This document shows positions 56,133 through 64,000 of a stretch of 64,000 nucleotides of DNA, piece after piece. The stretch's first letter is position 1; the number at the start of each line of letters is the position of its first letter. The notes beneath the pieces are model-generated. The model did no database searches. It worked only from the letters and a program-made list of their open reading frames with translations, and was not told where the DNA came from. Made by a program: the position numbers and the translations under genes. The stretch comes from a virus (taxonomy: Duplodnaviria; Heunggongvirae; Uroviricota; Caudoviricetes), in the IMG/VR virus record IMGVR_UViG_3300044984_001938; one strand, given 5' to 3'.

Positions 56133-56807
56133 TTATCGTCCCCTTGCTAATTGATAGAATTCTGCTCTAGCTGCTGGATCAGTTTTAAACCCACCACCTA
56201 ATCTACTTGTTACAGTACTACTACCCGTATCCTCAACTCCCCTGCTTTTCACACAGTAATGTTGTGCGTCAACCATAACCGCAACATCTTCTGTTTCAAG
56301 TATGTATTGTAATGCGTGAAAGACTTGTTCTGTTAATCGTTCTTGGATTTGTGGTCGCTTGCTAAAGTATTCTACGATACGATTGATTTTACTCAATCCA
56401 AGTACCTTTTGTTTAGGCACATATGCGACAGTTGCTAGACCGGAGATAATCACTAAATGATGTTCACAATTACTTTGTACATTAATATTGCGTTCACATA
56501 CCATTTCATTGTACTTCATTTTGTTATCAACTGCGGTACATTTAGGGAATGCTTCGTAATCAAGACCCCAAAAGATTTCGTTGACATACATTTTTGCTAC
56601 ACGCTTTGGGGTATCCATTAAACTATCGTCTGATAAGTCAAGACCTAAGATACGCATAATATGTGCAAAGTGCGCTTCAATATGGTCTATCTTTTCTTTA
56701 CGGTCGTAGTTGTTTGGGATAGTAGGAGTTTCAACTCCCATCTTAACTAAATGTTCGTGTACTCGTTGACCCAACTCTGGGTCTGTTTTTTGCTTATTAT
56801 ACGCCAT
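56133..56807 (-). CDS. folE: GTP cyclohydrolase I FolE
   Basis: NCEHHLVIISG is the CEHHLV zinc motif of FolE. The following ...KINRIVEYFSKRPQIQERLTEQV is also typical. Confidence 0.85.
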   Translation of the reverse strand: MAYNKQKTDPELGQRVHEHLVKMGVETPTIPNNYDRKEKIDHIEAHFAHIMRILGLDLSDDSLMDTPKRVAKMYVNEIFWGLDYEAFPKCTAVDNKMKYNEMVCERNINVQSNCEHHLVIISGLATVAYVPKQKVLGLSKINRIVEYFSKRPQIQERLTEQVFHALQYILETEDVAVMVDAQHYCVKSRGVEDTGSSTVTSRLGGGFKTDPAARAEFYQLARGR

Positions 56808-56973
56808 AGATAACCTTCCTTTGTGATGGTTTTTGTTTTGAAATGTAAACTACCGTTGTGTATCTTACATTTTATTTATCACAGATTAAGCCTTAGCTTC
56901 TTTTCTTGCTGCTTTTTCAGCGGTAATTTCGTTACGGCGATCCTTAACCGCTTTAGCTAGTTCACCCAATACC

Positions 56974-57180
56974 TCATGGACGAACCGTTTCCTGCCACTG
57001 ATCTCTTGCAACTTTACCAGATGCAAGTTTTGTATACTGACGATACACATAACTACGTTGGTCGTAGAGTTCTGCTTCGTTGTACTTATAACCAAAATCC
57101 ACACAGAATGTTAGATATTTCTCTAGGTCCTCAAAGATTTGAGTAACACGTGGGTTTGATTGAAAAGTTTGTTTTGCCAT
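56974..57180 (-). CDS. hypothetical protein
   Basis: 68 aa with an aaagga SD upstream. A second frame (56886-57104) continues it. Confidence 0.35.
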   Translation of the reverse strand: MAKQTFQSNPRVTQIFEDLEKYLTFCVDFGYKYNEAELYDQRSYVYRQYTKLASGKVARDQWQETVRP

Positions 57181-57192
57181 GTTATATTCCTT

Positions 57193-57645
57193 TTAAATAG
57201 CGAGTGATTGATACGGGTGAGTTTTACTATAAAAAATCGTAGCACCATTCTCATTGTCCTCTGAGACTGTGATAGTGATATTACGATTTGGATACCGAGT
57301 TGCAATAACCTCATAAAGATCATCACTAATCATTTCACAACTTTTATGGTTCAATTCAAGAATATTACCGGCATAGAGATTTTCTAACCAGCGTTTTACT
57401 TGAATAAATTCCAAATCACGGTCGTTGTGAAATACTTCCATAGTCACTTCAAAATGAAAGATGTGACGATGCAAAGTTCCTAAAAAGCTAACATCATACT
57501 CATCACCTGTAGCAAGTGCTGGGTCTGTTGCTGCTGCCGGGTAACAATGAATACCCTCTTTCTGAAAACGTACAAAAATTGTACGAATTGCTTTTTCTTT
57601 AATGCGCTGCCGCTTTTCTGCTTGTGCTTGTATCATCTGTTCCAT
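57193..57645 (-). CDS. hypothetical protein within the deazaguanine cluster
   Basis: 150 aa with no recognisable motif. It lies between folE and dpdA. Confidence 0.45.
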   Translation of the reverse strand: MEQMIQAQAEKRQRIKEKAIRTIFVRFQKEGIHCYPAAATDPALATGDEYDVSFLGTLHRHIFHFEVTMEVFHNDRDLEFIQVKRWLENLYAGNILELNHKSCEMISDDLYEVIATRYPNRNITITVSEDNENGATIFYSKTHPYQSLAI

Positions 57646-57813
57646 TATCTATCCCTTTTGTAATCATATGTATCACGTATACTTGCCCACTGCAACTTAT
57701 TAAGTCGCTGTATGTTATAGTATATCATACTATGTTGTGATTGCATAGCTTTACGGGAATCTTTGTCAAAGTTATCAACCTTTTTTTCTATTGCAATTTG
57801 TTGGCTATACATA

Positions 57814-59400
57814 TTACTCCAAAACTAATGCGATAGCATCATCACTATCTTCTAGTTCTTCTAACGGTTCTTCATCTACTGAAAACAATTCATCAAACAT
57901 ACTCATAGCATTAACAGTTTTCTTACCACTAATACCCTGACTACCTGATTGGAATTGTTTCCAATAACTATTATGAAAATCAATCAAATCTAGTGATTCT
58001 TGTTTAGTTTTCTTTGCAAAGATTTCATCAACTAATTGAGTAAAGAACCTATCACCTTCAAACTTATGTACTAACATCTTTGGAACTACACCTTGTTCAT
58101 ACTGACGATTAGCCTCTTGAACTGCATTCATATGCATCCAAACATTGTGACTTTGTAACAGTGTATAACTTAATGTATCCCAACTTGTTTTAGTTTCTTT
58201 ACCGTGCTGTCCCAAGAAACCTACACCACGATAACATAAATCTTTCATAACTAATGCATCAGTTACTGGACTATCTGTAAATAATTTATGTATACCATCA
58301 GCTAATACAGCATCACGATACTTGCGATTATCATTGGCATAACTTTTCTTTTCAGCAGTCTTTTCCATGCTGTAAGACCATTTTTTATTATGCTGGATAT
58401 TAGTATTGAAATATGCCAATCCTTTAGCAGCACTAAAGAATGGGCTGGCACAGTCAAATGTAATTTGTAGTTTTGGATTATGATACTTTCGTATTGCCTT
58501 CTGTATATCAGTAAACAACACAGCATATTCCAAGATACTTGTTCCCAAGCAATGAATCAAATCATGCTTACCTTCAACTAACAATCCATCATGGATAATA
58601 CCAACTAATCTACGTAGCATTAAATGTATATCAATCTTGTTCTGTCCACCGAATGCCCAGCCATTGAAATGATTATCTGGAAAGATGTTAGTATCGCAAT
58701 ACTTTTTCATTTCTTCATACCAATCATCTGATTGAGTATGATTGCGACCCTGTAATACATTTAATAACTTGCATTTCCCTGAGCGATTATTTATAAAGTA
58801 TTCGTTATTAATATGTGTAGCTGCAATGGCTTCTTCAATAGTACTGATACCGTGTAAACTGTTGCCGTTCTTATCTTTCATTCCAAATGTAGTCAATGAT
58901 TGACTTGGAATATCTAAACACATACCATAATCCATGTATGTGTCCATCCAATTCAATACTGCTTTACGCTTTACCATAGCCCGTGGACAGTTGGGATCCT
59001 TCCAATCAGCTGGCCATTGACCTTTTAAAATCTGAAAGCCACCACTATCGCCCAATATGAATGTACCTTCTTCACGTTCACGGATGATTGATTCACTTGA
59101 ATCATCTTTGGTAGTATCCAAATTAGCGTGACCAGCACTGTATAGTCCCCACTTGTAGTAGTAAAGACCTTCTTTGCTGTTAAGAAAGTTTAGTTTCTCT
59201 ACATCACCTTTGAAACTGGCAGGGATACGTGCTTGGTCAAAATAGTTTTCACCCTTACGTTGCTTACCCAAGCCAGCAATATAAAAACTACTGACTGCGG
59301 GTAAGAACAATGCCCAATCTGGGTTATGCTTCGCTGATAGATTATCTTGTTTCAATTGATACTCTTGATCATTTCTTATTAGCTGGCAACAAGTAAACAT
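57814..59400 (-). CDS. dpdA: TGT-family transglycosylase, DpdA-like (7-deazaguanine DNA-modifying)
   Basis: LGDSGGFQILKGQW carries the DSGGFQ catalytic motif of queuine/archaeosine tRNA-guanine transglycosylases. The Tgt zinc-binding C-terminus is absent. Its position beside FolE/QueD/QueE is as in phage dG+ and preQ0 DNA-modification clusters. Confidence 0.7.
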   Translation of the reverse strand: MFTCCQLIRNDQEYQLKQDNLSAKHNPDWALFLPAVSSFYIAGLGKQRKGENYFDQARIPASFKGDVEKLNFLNSKEGLYYYKWGLYSAGHANLDTTKDDSSESIIREREEGTFILGDSGGFQILKGQWPADWKDPNCPRAMVKRKAVLNWMDTYMDYGMCLDIPSQSLTTFGMKDKNGNSLHGISTIEEAIAATHINNEYFINNRSGKCKLLNVLQGRNHTQSDDWYEEMKKYCDTNIFPDNHFNGWAFGGQNKIDIHLMLRRLVGIIHDGLLVEGKHDLIHCLGTSILEYAVLFTDIQKAIRKYHNPKLQITFDCASPFFSAAKGLAYFNTNIQHNKKWSYSMEKTAEKKSYANDNRKYRDAVLADGIHKLFTDSPVTDALVMKDLCYRGVGFLGQHGKETKTSWDTLSYTLLQSHNVWMHMNAVQEANRQYEQGVVPKMLVHKFEGDRFFTQLVDEIFAKKTKQESLDLIDFHNSYWKQFQSGSQGISGKKTVNAMSMFDELFSVDEEPLEELEDSDDAIALVLE

Positions 59401-60100
59401 AAATTGCTATACCACTATCAACTGTGATTTCCGTTGCACCTTGTTCACTAATCTTAACTGTCTTGTCCCCGACTAAATCCATGATACTCAAGAATTCTTT
59501 AACGGGCCACTTATGTGTACCAGCTAGTGTTCCGGTAACTGGAGTATTGAATACAAAGTTACCGCTATGTGTTGATGCGTCACCAAAGTATACTTTCAAA
59601 TCACTTCCATCAGTTTTGAATACAAAATGATCTTCTTCGCTATTTGCTTGTGATTGCTTCTTAAGTCGTTGAATACCAGCAATTGTAGGTTCAAATTCAA
59701 CATTCCACTTAGCACCCTTAAAGGATACACTTTTAACTTTCTCGTCAACTACACTTTTAAGCATAAGACGATAATCATTAACAAAGTCACCACTCTTTGT
59801 TTCAAAGTGAATAGTAGAAGGTACATCTACCCCGTCACGTTGAGTACGAACAACATTAATTTTAGATGTTCCGTCATATTCATCAAACCCAATAATTGTC
59901 TTGAGTTTATTCAAGTTGGGCATTCCGAATACACCAATAAAGTCGGCAATCGGATCTTTGAATGTACCACTAATAATTACGCTTTTGTTTTCTGCTACCG
60001 CATTGATTACTGTTTCAGTATCAGTACCTGTAACTTTAATCAGTTCAATTGTACCAAGACCAAGAGTATGATCAATTAAGTCTTTTAAAAAATCTTTCAT
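59369..60100 (-). CDS. hypothetical protein
   Basis: The start is chosen at MKDFLKDL, which is preceded by aaaggaaacaaa. The track ORF extends to 60202. Confidence 0.45.
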   Translation of the reverse strand: MKDFLKDLIDHTLGLGTIELIKVTGTDTETVINAVAENKSVIISGTFKDPIADFIGVFGMPNLNKLKTIIGFDEYDGTSKINVVRTQRDGVDVPSTIHFETKSGDFVNDYRLMLKSVVDEKVKSVSFKGAKWNVEFEPTIAGIQRLKKQSQANSEEDHFVFKTDGSDLKVYFGDASTHSGNFVFNTPVTGTLAGTHKWPVKEFLSIMDLVGDKTVKISEQGATEITVDSGIAIYVYLLPANKK

Positions 60101-60159
60101 TTTGTTTCCTTTGTATGTTAAATTGTACACGTTTTTAATAAAATATGCATTTAATATGT

Positions 60160-60726
60160 TCACTTCCAATATGGGCCCCATGCCCAACAATTCAGTGACC
60201 ATCGTTCACCTGCTGTTATTGGTTTTACTTCATGTAAATAGAATGCAGGTAAAATGGTCAATGATCCTATTGTTTTACTTACCGCATTCCTAATTACATG
60301 AAGATTGCCTCCCTGATATTCTGATCCATCAGTTAATTGCAATAGCATTGTTAATTTTCGTTCAGTACCTGCTGTGCCATAATATTGGTCAACATGTTCT
60401 GTGACGTAATCTCCTTCGCTATATCTTTTTATCTCATATTGTTCTACATGAGTTACATGAAAACCATAATAGTTAAACGCTTCTTCCCAAATAGGAGACA
60501 ATATTTCGTGTAATTTATTGTCATTCCAATTTAAAGGTACTCTACAAGTATGGCATTCAATGTCCCAATGTTTGGGAGTACGATTAACAGAACGATGCCA
60601 GCCTGATTCACTGCTTAATGCAAACTCTCGTAGTGAATGGCAAATATCAAAACTTAATGCTTTTTCTTTTTTAAATAATTTTATTGGGAAACTATTATTT
60701 CTAGTAAATTCAATTTGTTGTATCAT
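60160..60726 (-). CDS. 2OG-Fe(II) oxygenase superfamily protein
   Basis: YVTEHVDQ (HxD), ...GGNLHVI...LHEVKPITAGERWSL (distal His and RxS) fits the double-stranded beta-helix 2OG oxygenase pattern. Confidence 0.5.
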   Translation of the reverse strand: MIQQIEFTRNNSFPIKLFKKEKALSFDICHSLREFALSSESGWHRSVNRTPKHWDIECHTCRVPLNWNDNKLHEILSPIWEEAFNYYGFHVTHVEQYEIKRYSEGDYVTEHVDQYYGTAGTERKLTMLLQLTDGSEYQGGNLHVIRNAVSKTIGSLTILPAFYLHEVKPITAGERWSLNCWAWGPYWK

Positions 60727-60791
60727 AATAATATATTTAAATGTCCCTGTTGCGTATTATAACGGAATATTTTACTAAAAGCAATAGCAGT

Positions 60792-63497
60792 TTACCCGAA
60801 GCTGAACAAATCATCAAATGTTGAGTTAACATCAGTATTACTTCTGATATCCCAATCCAATACACCAAGTAAGTTGTCTATCTTCTCATCTACTAGTGTT
60901 GATTCCATTAGTAAATCATCAAATGGCAAGTCTTTGAACCATTGTGGTAATCTTAATTCATCAACCGGATATGCAATACTAGTGAATCCCAATGCATTAT
61001 CTTTGAGTTTACATACAACAATCTTCATACCATCTATAATCTTTTGACTGTAATTATCCCCGTATACTCTGCGTAGATAGTTCCAGTTAATTGCTGCTCG
61101 GGCATGACCAACACCACACTTGCCCGACTTTTCAAACTCAATAGTATGTTTAGTTAGATTGTTAACACTCTTTGGTGATCCCTTTGTCCAGCTATCTTGT
61201 TCAGACAACTTGTTTTTGAATTCTTTAACCATTTCAATAACTTTGTCCCGCTGCTCACCAGCAAGGACCTTTGTAAGCACCGTCATTAAGAATTCTTGTA
61301 TATACTTTGGGGTATCGGCACGCTTTAAGTCAAGGCCCGTCGCTTTGATATCACCATTCTTACCATTGATATCTTTACGCTTGCCTTCTTTATCAAAGAT
61401 ATTGATGGCATAGCGTTTCTTTGTGATGAAGATAGCACGATCACCAATCAATTCACGACCAGCTTTGATGATTTCACCGTTCTTTCTTGGGGCATGAAAT
61501 GCCTTTTCCATGAATGCAGGGAATGATTCATTTGCTTGATCAGCTATACTATCATACAAGCCGATACAAGTTTCTTTGTTCCACTCTAGTTCACCACTTG
61601 CTATTTGTGTTTTGAGAATAGGATATGCAGTAAAATAACATGAGTCAGTATCTCCATACACAATAGCTTGACCATCATGTGAATATTCACCTGCGATTGT
61701 TTCATTGATTGTACTCATCATATGCTTAACAATCTGACGACCACTCAAGGTAACACTTTGACCGATGCGCTTATCATAGAATCTGCAATGCTCATTCAAC
61801 AACGCACCATATGCTGAGTTCAACAAAATTTTACGAACAAGCTGACGCTTATCAAAATATTCATATTGATCAGTGCCATAAGCTGATTTAGCTTTAGCTT
61901 GCATTTCTTTACGCTCACTATACCAGCGAGTAAGTAGTCCAGGGACTACACCCTCTTTTTCGTAAGTAAAGATAGTAGCATTAGCTGACAACATCCATGG
62001 GCGATTGCTATCAAAAATCATCTTCCAAATCTCGGCTGCACTCATCTCTACTGACCTGCCATCTTCGTAGTCTAATGTCAGTATTGTTCCGCGTTCTTGA
62101 TTCATAATAGCAGTATATTCTAATACGCTAAACAAGTTTTCCCAAAGAATAGCACCAGTAACGTCCTCGTCACCCTCTTTGAATCGTTTCTTAACGCTAG
62201 CAAGTTGCTTGCCTTTGTCGTCCATATACTTGTCAGTTAATGTCTGTCGGACTTGACCGATGATGGTTTCTCCTGCCATGTTGAGGGCACGAATAACCGA
62301 GGGATAGAGCGAGTTGATGTCAACTGCTCCGACATATTCGTGCATGCCTCTTTTCGGCGTAGCAACGAAGGCACCTGCTGCTGTCGTTGTTTCTTCTGCA
62401 TTTTCAATCTTTCGTTTTTTGTCTGGCACTACCAATCCACGTTCGTGGGCTTCATTAAAAATTGCCATCTCAACCATTGCTACTGAACCCATGACTGTTG
62501 GAAGCAGTACAGTGTTCTCGTGCGCCAATTGATTAGCAAGTTCTAAAAACTTAAGTTTGTTGTGAATCTTCACCAACAACATAGTATCTTGTCTGTTGTA
62601 TTCAATAAACTTTTTAAAGTCTTTGTTATACAATTGATCTAGCGTACCTTCGTATTGAGTTTTGTTTTCTCCTACTTCCATTTCACCAATCGCATCTAAC
62701 TTGTAGCTGTGACGGGATTCATAGTTGTATTTCTTGTAGAGTTGTAAGTAGTCCAAATGAATACGACCAACTAAGTCGTATGTTTGTTCTTCTTTACCAA
62801 ACCGTTCATATGTGCGTGGTTTAGGCAGTTGACCCATCAAACAAAACTTGCGTGTATCATCTTTACTCATTACTCGGGTAACCCGATTAACCATGTAAGG
62901 TATGTCATATCCTTCTGAGTTCCAACCAGTCAATACATCAGCATCTTCAATGAGTTGAAAGAAAACATCAAACATATCCTTCTCATTGGCAAAAAGTAAA
63001 CAGTTTTCAAACTCATTACAAATTTCCTGTGCTGTTTCTTTACTCATATGCTTGGGAGCAATGACCAATGTAACCAATTGATCCAGCCAATCTAGATAAC
63101 AACTGATAGCGGTTACTGGATTGAACGGATCGGTTGTTGGACTAAACCCCTTAATCGGATCAAAATCAGTTTCAATGTCAAAGAAGCAAGTATGCAGATT
63201 GGGAACATCTGCCTTAAGATAGTTTTCACTAAGGCAACGAAACACCACTGGTACATCACTTTCAAATAATTTCTTACCTGAATGGATGCGTCTTTCTTTT
63301 TCAAACTCTTGTCGTTTGCGTGTGCTGAAACGATTTACGGGGTCACCGTATATACTGCGATACTTGCCCTTACGATCAGGATAATACAGTACATAGTTTG
63401 TGGAATATTCTTTGTATTGACGCTTGCCATTCTTATCCCGTTCTACTACAAAAATTTTATCTTCATCTCTGGAATGTATTGCATCCACATATGACAT
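60792..63497 (-). CDS. DNA polymerase, family B (T4 gp43-like)
   Basis: 901 aa. It has the polymerase motifs DINSLYPSV (motif A), KILLNSAYG (motif B) and YGDTDS (motif C). The N-terminal exonuclease region is present. Confidence 0.95.
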   Translation of the reverse strand: MSYVDAIHSRDEDKIFVVERDKNGKRQYKEYSTNYVLYYPDRKGKYRSIYGDPVNRFSTRKRQEFEKERRIHSGKKLFESDVPVVFRCLSENYLKADVPNLHTCFFDIETDFDPIKGFSPTTDPFNPVTAISCYLDWLDQLVTLVIAPKHMSKETAQEICNEFENCLLFANEKDMFDVFFQLIEDADVLTGWNSEGYDIPYMVNRVTRVMSKDDTRKFCLMGQLPKPRTYERFGKEEQTYDLVGRIHLDYLQLYKKYNYESRHSYKLDAIGEMEVGENKTQYEGTLDQLYNKDFKKFIEYNRQDTMLLVKIHNKLKFLELANQLAHENTVLLPTVMGSVAMVEMAIFNEAHERGLVVPDKKRKIENAEETTTAAGAFVATPKRGMHEYVGAVDINSLYPSVIRALNMAGETIIGQVRQTLTDKYMDDKGKQLASVKKRFKEGDEDVTGAILWENLFSVLEYTAIMNQERGTILTLDYEDGRSVEMSAAEIWKMIFDSNRPWMLSANATIFTYEKEGVVPGLLTRWYSERKEMQAKAKSAYGTDQYEYFDKRQLVRKILLNSAYGALLNEHCRFYDKRIGQSVTLSGRQIVKHMMSTINETIAGEYSHDGQAIVYGDTDSCYFTAYPILKTQIASGELEWNKETCIGLYDSIADQANESFPAFMEKAFHAPRKNGEIIKAGRELIGDRAIFITKKRYAINIFDKEGKRKDINGKNGDIKATGLDLKRADTPKYIQEFLMTVLTKVLAGEQRDKVIEMVKEFKNKLSEQDSWTKGSPKSVNNLTKHTIEFEKSGKCGVGHARAAINWNYLRRVYGDNYSQKIIDGMKIVVCKLKDNALGFTSIAYPVDELRLPQWFKDLPFDDLLMESTLVDEKIDNLLGVLDWDIRSNTDVNSTFDDLFSFG

Positions 63498-63757
63498 TAT
63501 AAAGTTTTTCCCACAGTTTCCAAAATTGTCACAAGTTCTTCGTGGTCAGCAGTGGTTTGGCCAAGACTTGCTTTGTGTGCCACAGAGATTGCTTTCTTAA
63601 GTATACTAGGCTTAACTTCTAGTTCTTCACCAATAGCCTTAATAGTATCGGATAGTCCCTCACGAAGGGTATCAATCTCATGTAGGACTACCATTCCTTC
63701 ATTCACCAATTGGGTTAACTTAATTTTTTGCTCACCTGTAAACATTTTTGCTGACAT
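63497..63757 (-). CDS. hypothetical protein
   Basis: 86-aa ORF, ATGA-coupled to the polymerase gene. Confidence 0.4.
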   Translation of the reverse strand: MSAKMFTGEQKIKLTQLVNEGMVVLHEIDTLREGLSDTIKAIGEELEVKPSILKKAISVAHKASLGQTTADHEELVTILETVGKTL

Positions 63758-64000
63758 AAAAACTCCTTATAAAAATATAGTATACAGGCTTTGTGTAGAA
63801 AAGTCAAACATTTTGCTGATTTTCTACAATCTTTTTTACCACCGTTCTTAGCCCGGGGTTAATATGGAATGCGTGTGGTATAATATGTTGTCTGACATAG
63901 TTACGCATATATTTGGTGTCATCATTACTATTATCGTGACACCAATCAATAGATTTCTGTTTACACCAATTTGTGAATTCGGTTTTAGTTGTTGTTAGAA

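Noticed and set aside
1-64000. tRNA, rRNA or mobile-element (IS, integrase) signals
   Set aside because: The intergenic gaps are short and none shows cloverleaf-compatible sequence. No transposase or integrase motifs or inverted terminal repeats were recognised.

Overview
This window reads as a segment of a large, AT-rich, virulent dsDNA phage genome. It is not a bacterial chromosome. Genes are densely packed, mostly on the minus strand, and many adjacent genes overlap in the pattern ATGA.

Replication and nucleotide-metabolism genes recognisable from the sequence:
- Family B DNA polymerase of T4 gp43 size with a YGDTDS motif (60792-63497).
- A 5'-3' exonuclease that matches T4 RNase H closely (42489-43484).
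- ATP-dependent DNA ligase with a KLDGVR motif (32622-33968).
- dCMP deaminase, a HAD 5'-nucleotidase and a UvdE-like UV-damage endonuclease.
- A superfamily 2 helicase fused to an HNH nuclease (43528-45504).

Accessory modules that stand out:
1. Seven proteins begin with a conserved 10-residue motif, M-R-x-x-E-F-I-x-E, which closely resembles the T4 capsid-targeting sequence (MKTYQEFIAE). One of them (609 aa) combines ParB-like, GNAT-like and protein-kinase-like domains. They are probably head-packaged proteins that are injected into the host.
2. A complete Clp proteolysis set (ClpP, ClpX and ClpS) sits next to an Hsp20 small heat-shock protein.
3. A plus-strand island (8.2-12.8 kb) carries secreted or membrane proteins related to D-amino-acid and cell-wall metabolism: a periplasmic solute-binding protein, a DAACS Glu/Asp symporter, an Asp/Glu racemase and a DD-carboxypeptidase.
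4. A 7-deazaguanine DNA-modification cluster (FolE, QueD, QueE, and a DpdA-like TGT-family transglycosylase carrying DSGGFQ) lies next to sugar-handling enzymes: an HxGH nucleotidyltransferase, an SDR epimerase and two GT4 glycosyltransferases. A 2OG-Fe(II) oxygenase lies between DpdA and the polymerase. No QueC was seen in the window.
5. At least nine small paralogous proteins (consensus MNERINQLAxQA ... EKFAQLIVxECA ... HFGVEE) form a tandem array plus dispersed copies. Their gene junctions share a conserved nucleotide element.
6. At least eight sigma70-type promoters (TTGACA, 17-nt spacer, TATAAT) precede minus-strand genes; five share a near-identical 5' leader with a TTAATTAA palindrome.
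7. Auxiliary genes include IF-1, an IscA/HesB-family Fe-S protein, an Fe/Mn superoxide dismutase, an HD-domain (p)ppGpp hydrolase, MazG and a metallophosphoesterase.
8. Several small ORFs are missing from the 60-aa track, including an entericidin-like lipoprotein.

No tRNA, rRNA or CRISPR array was detected. All functional calls come from motif recognition by eye. None is search-verified.
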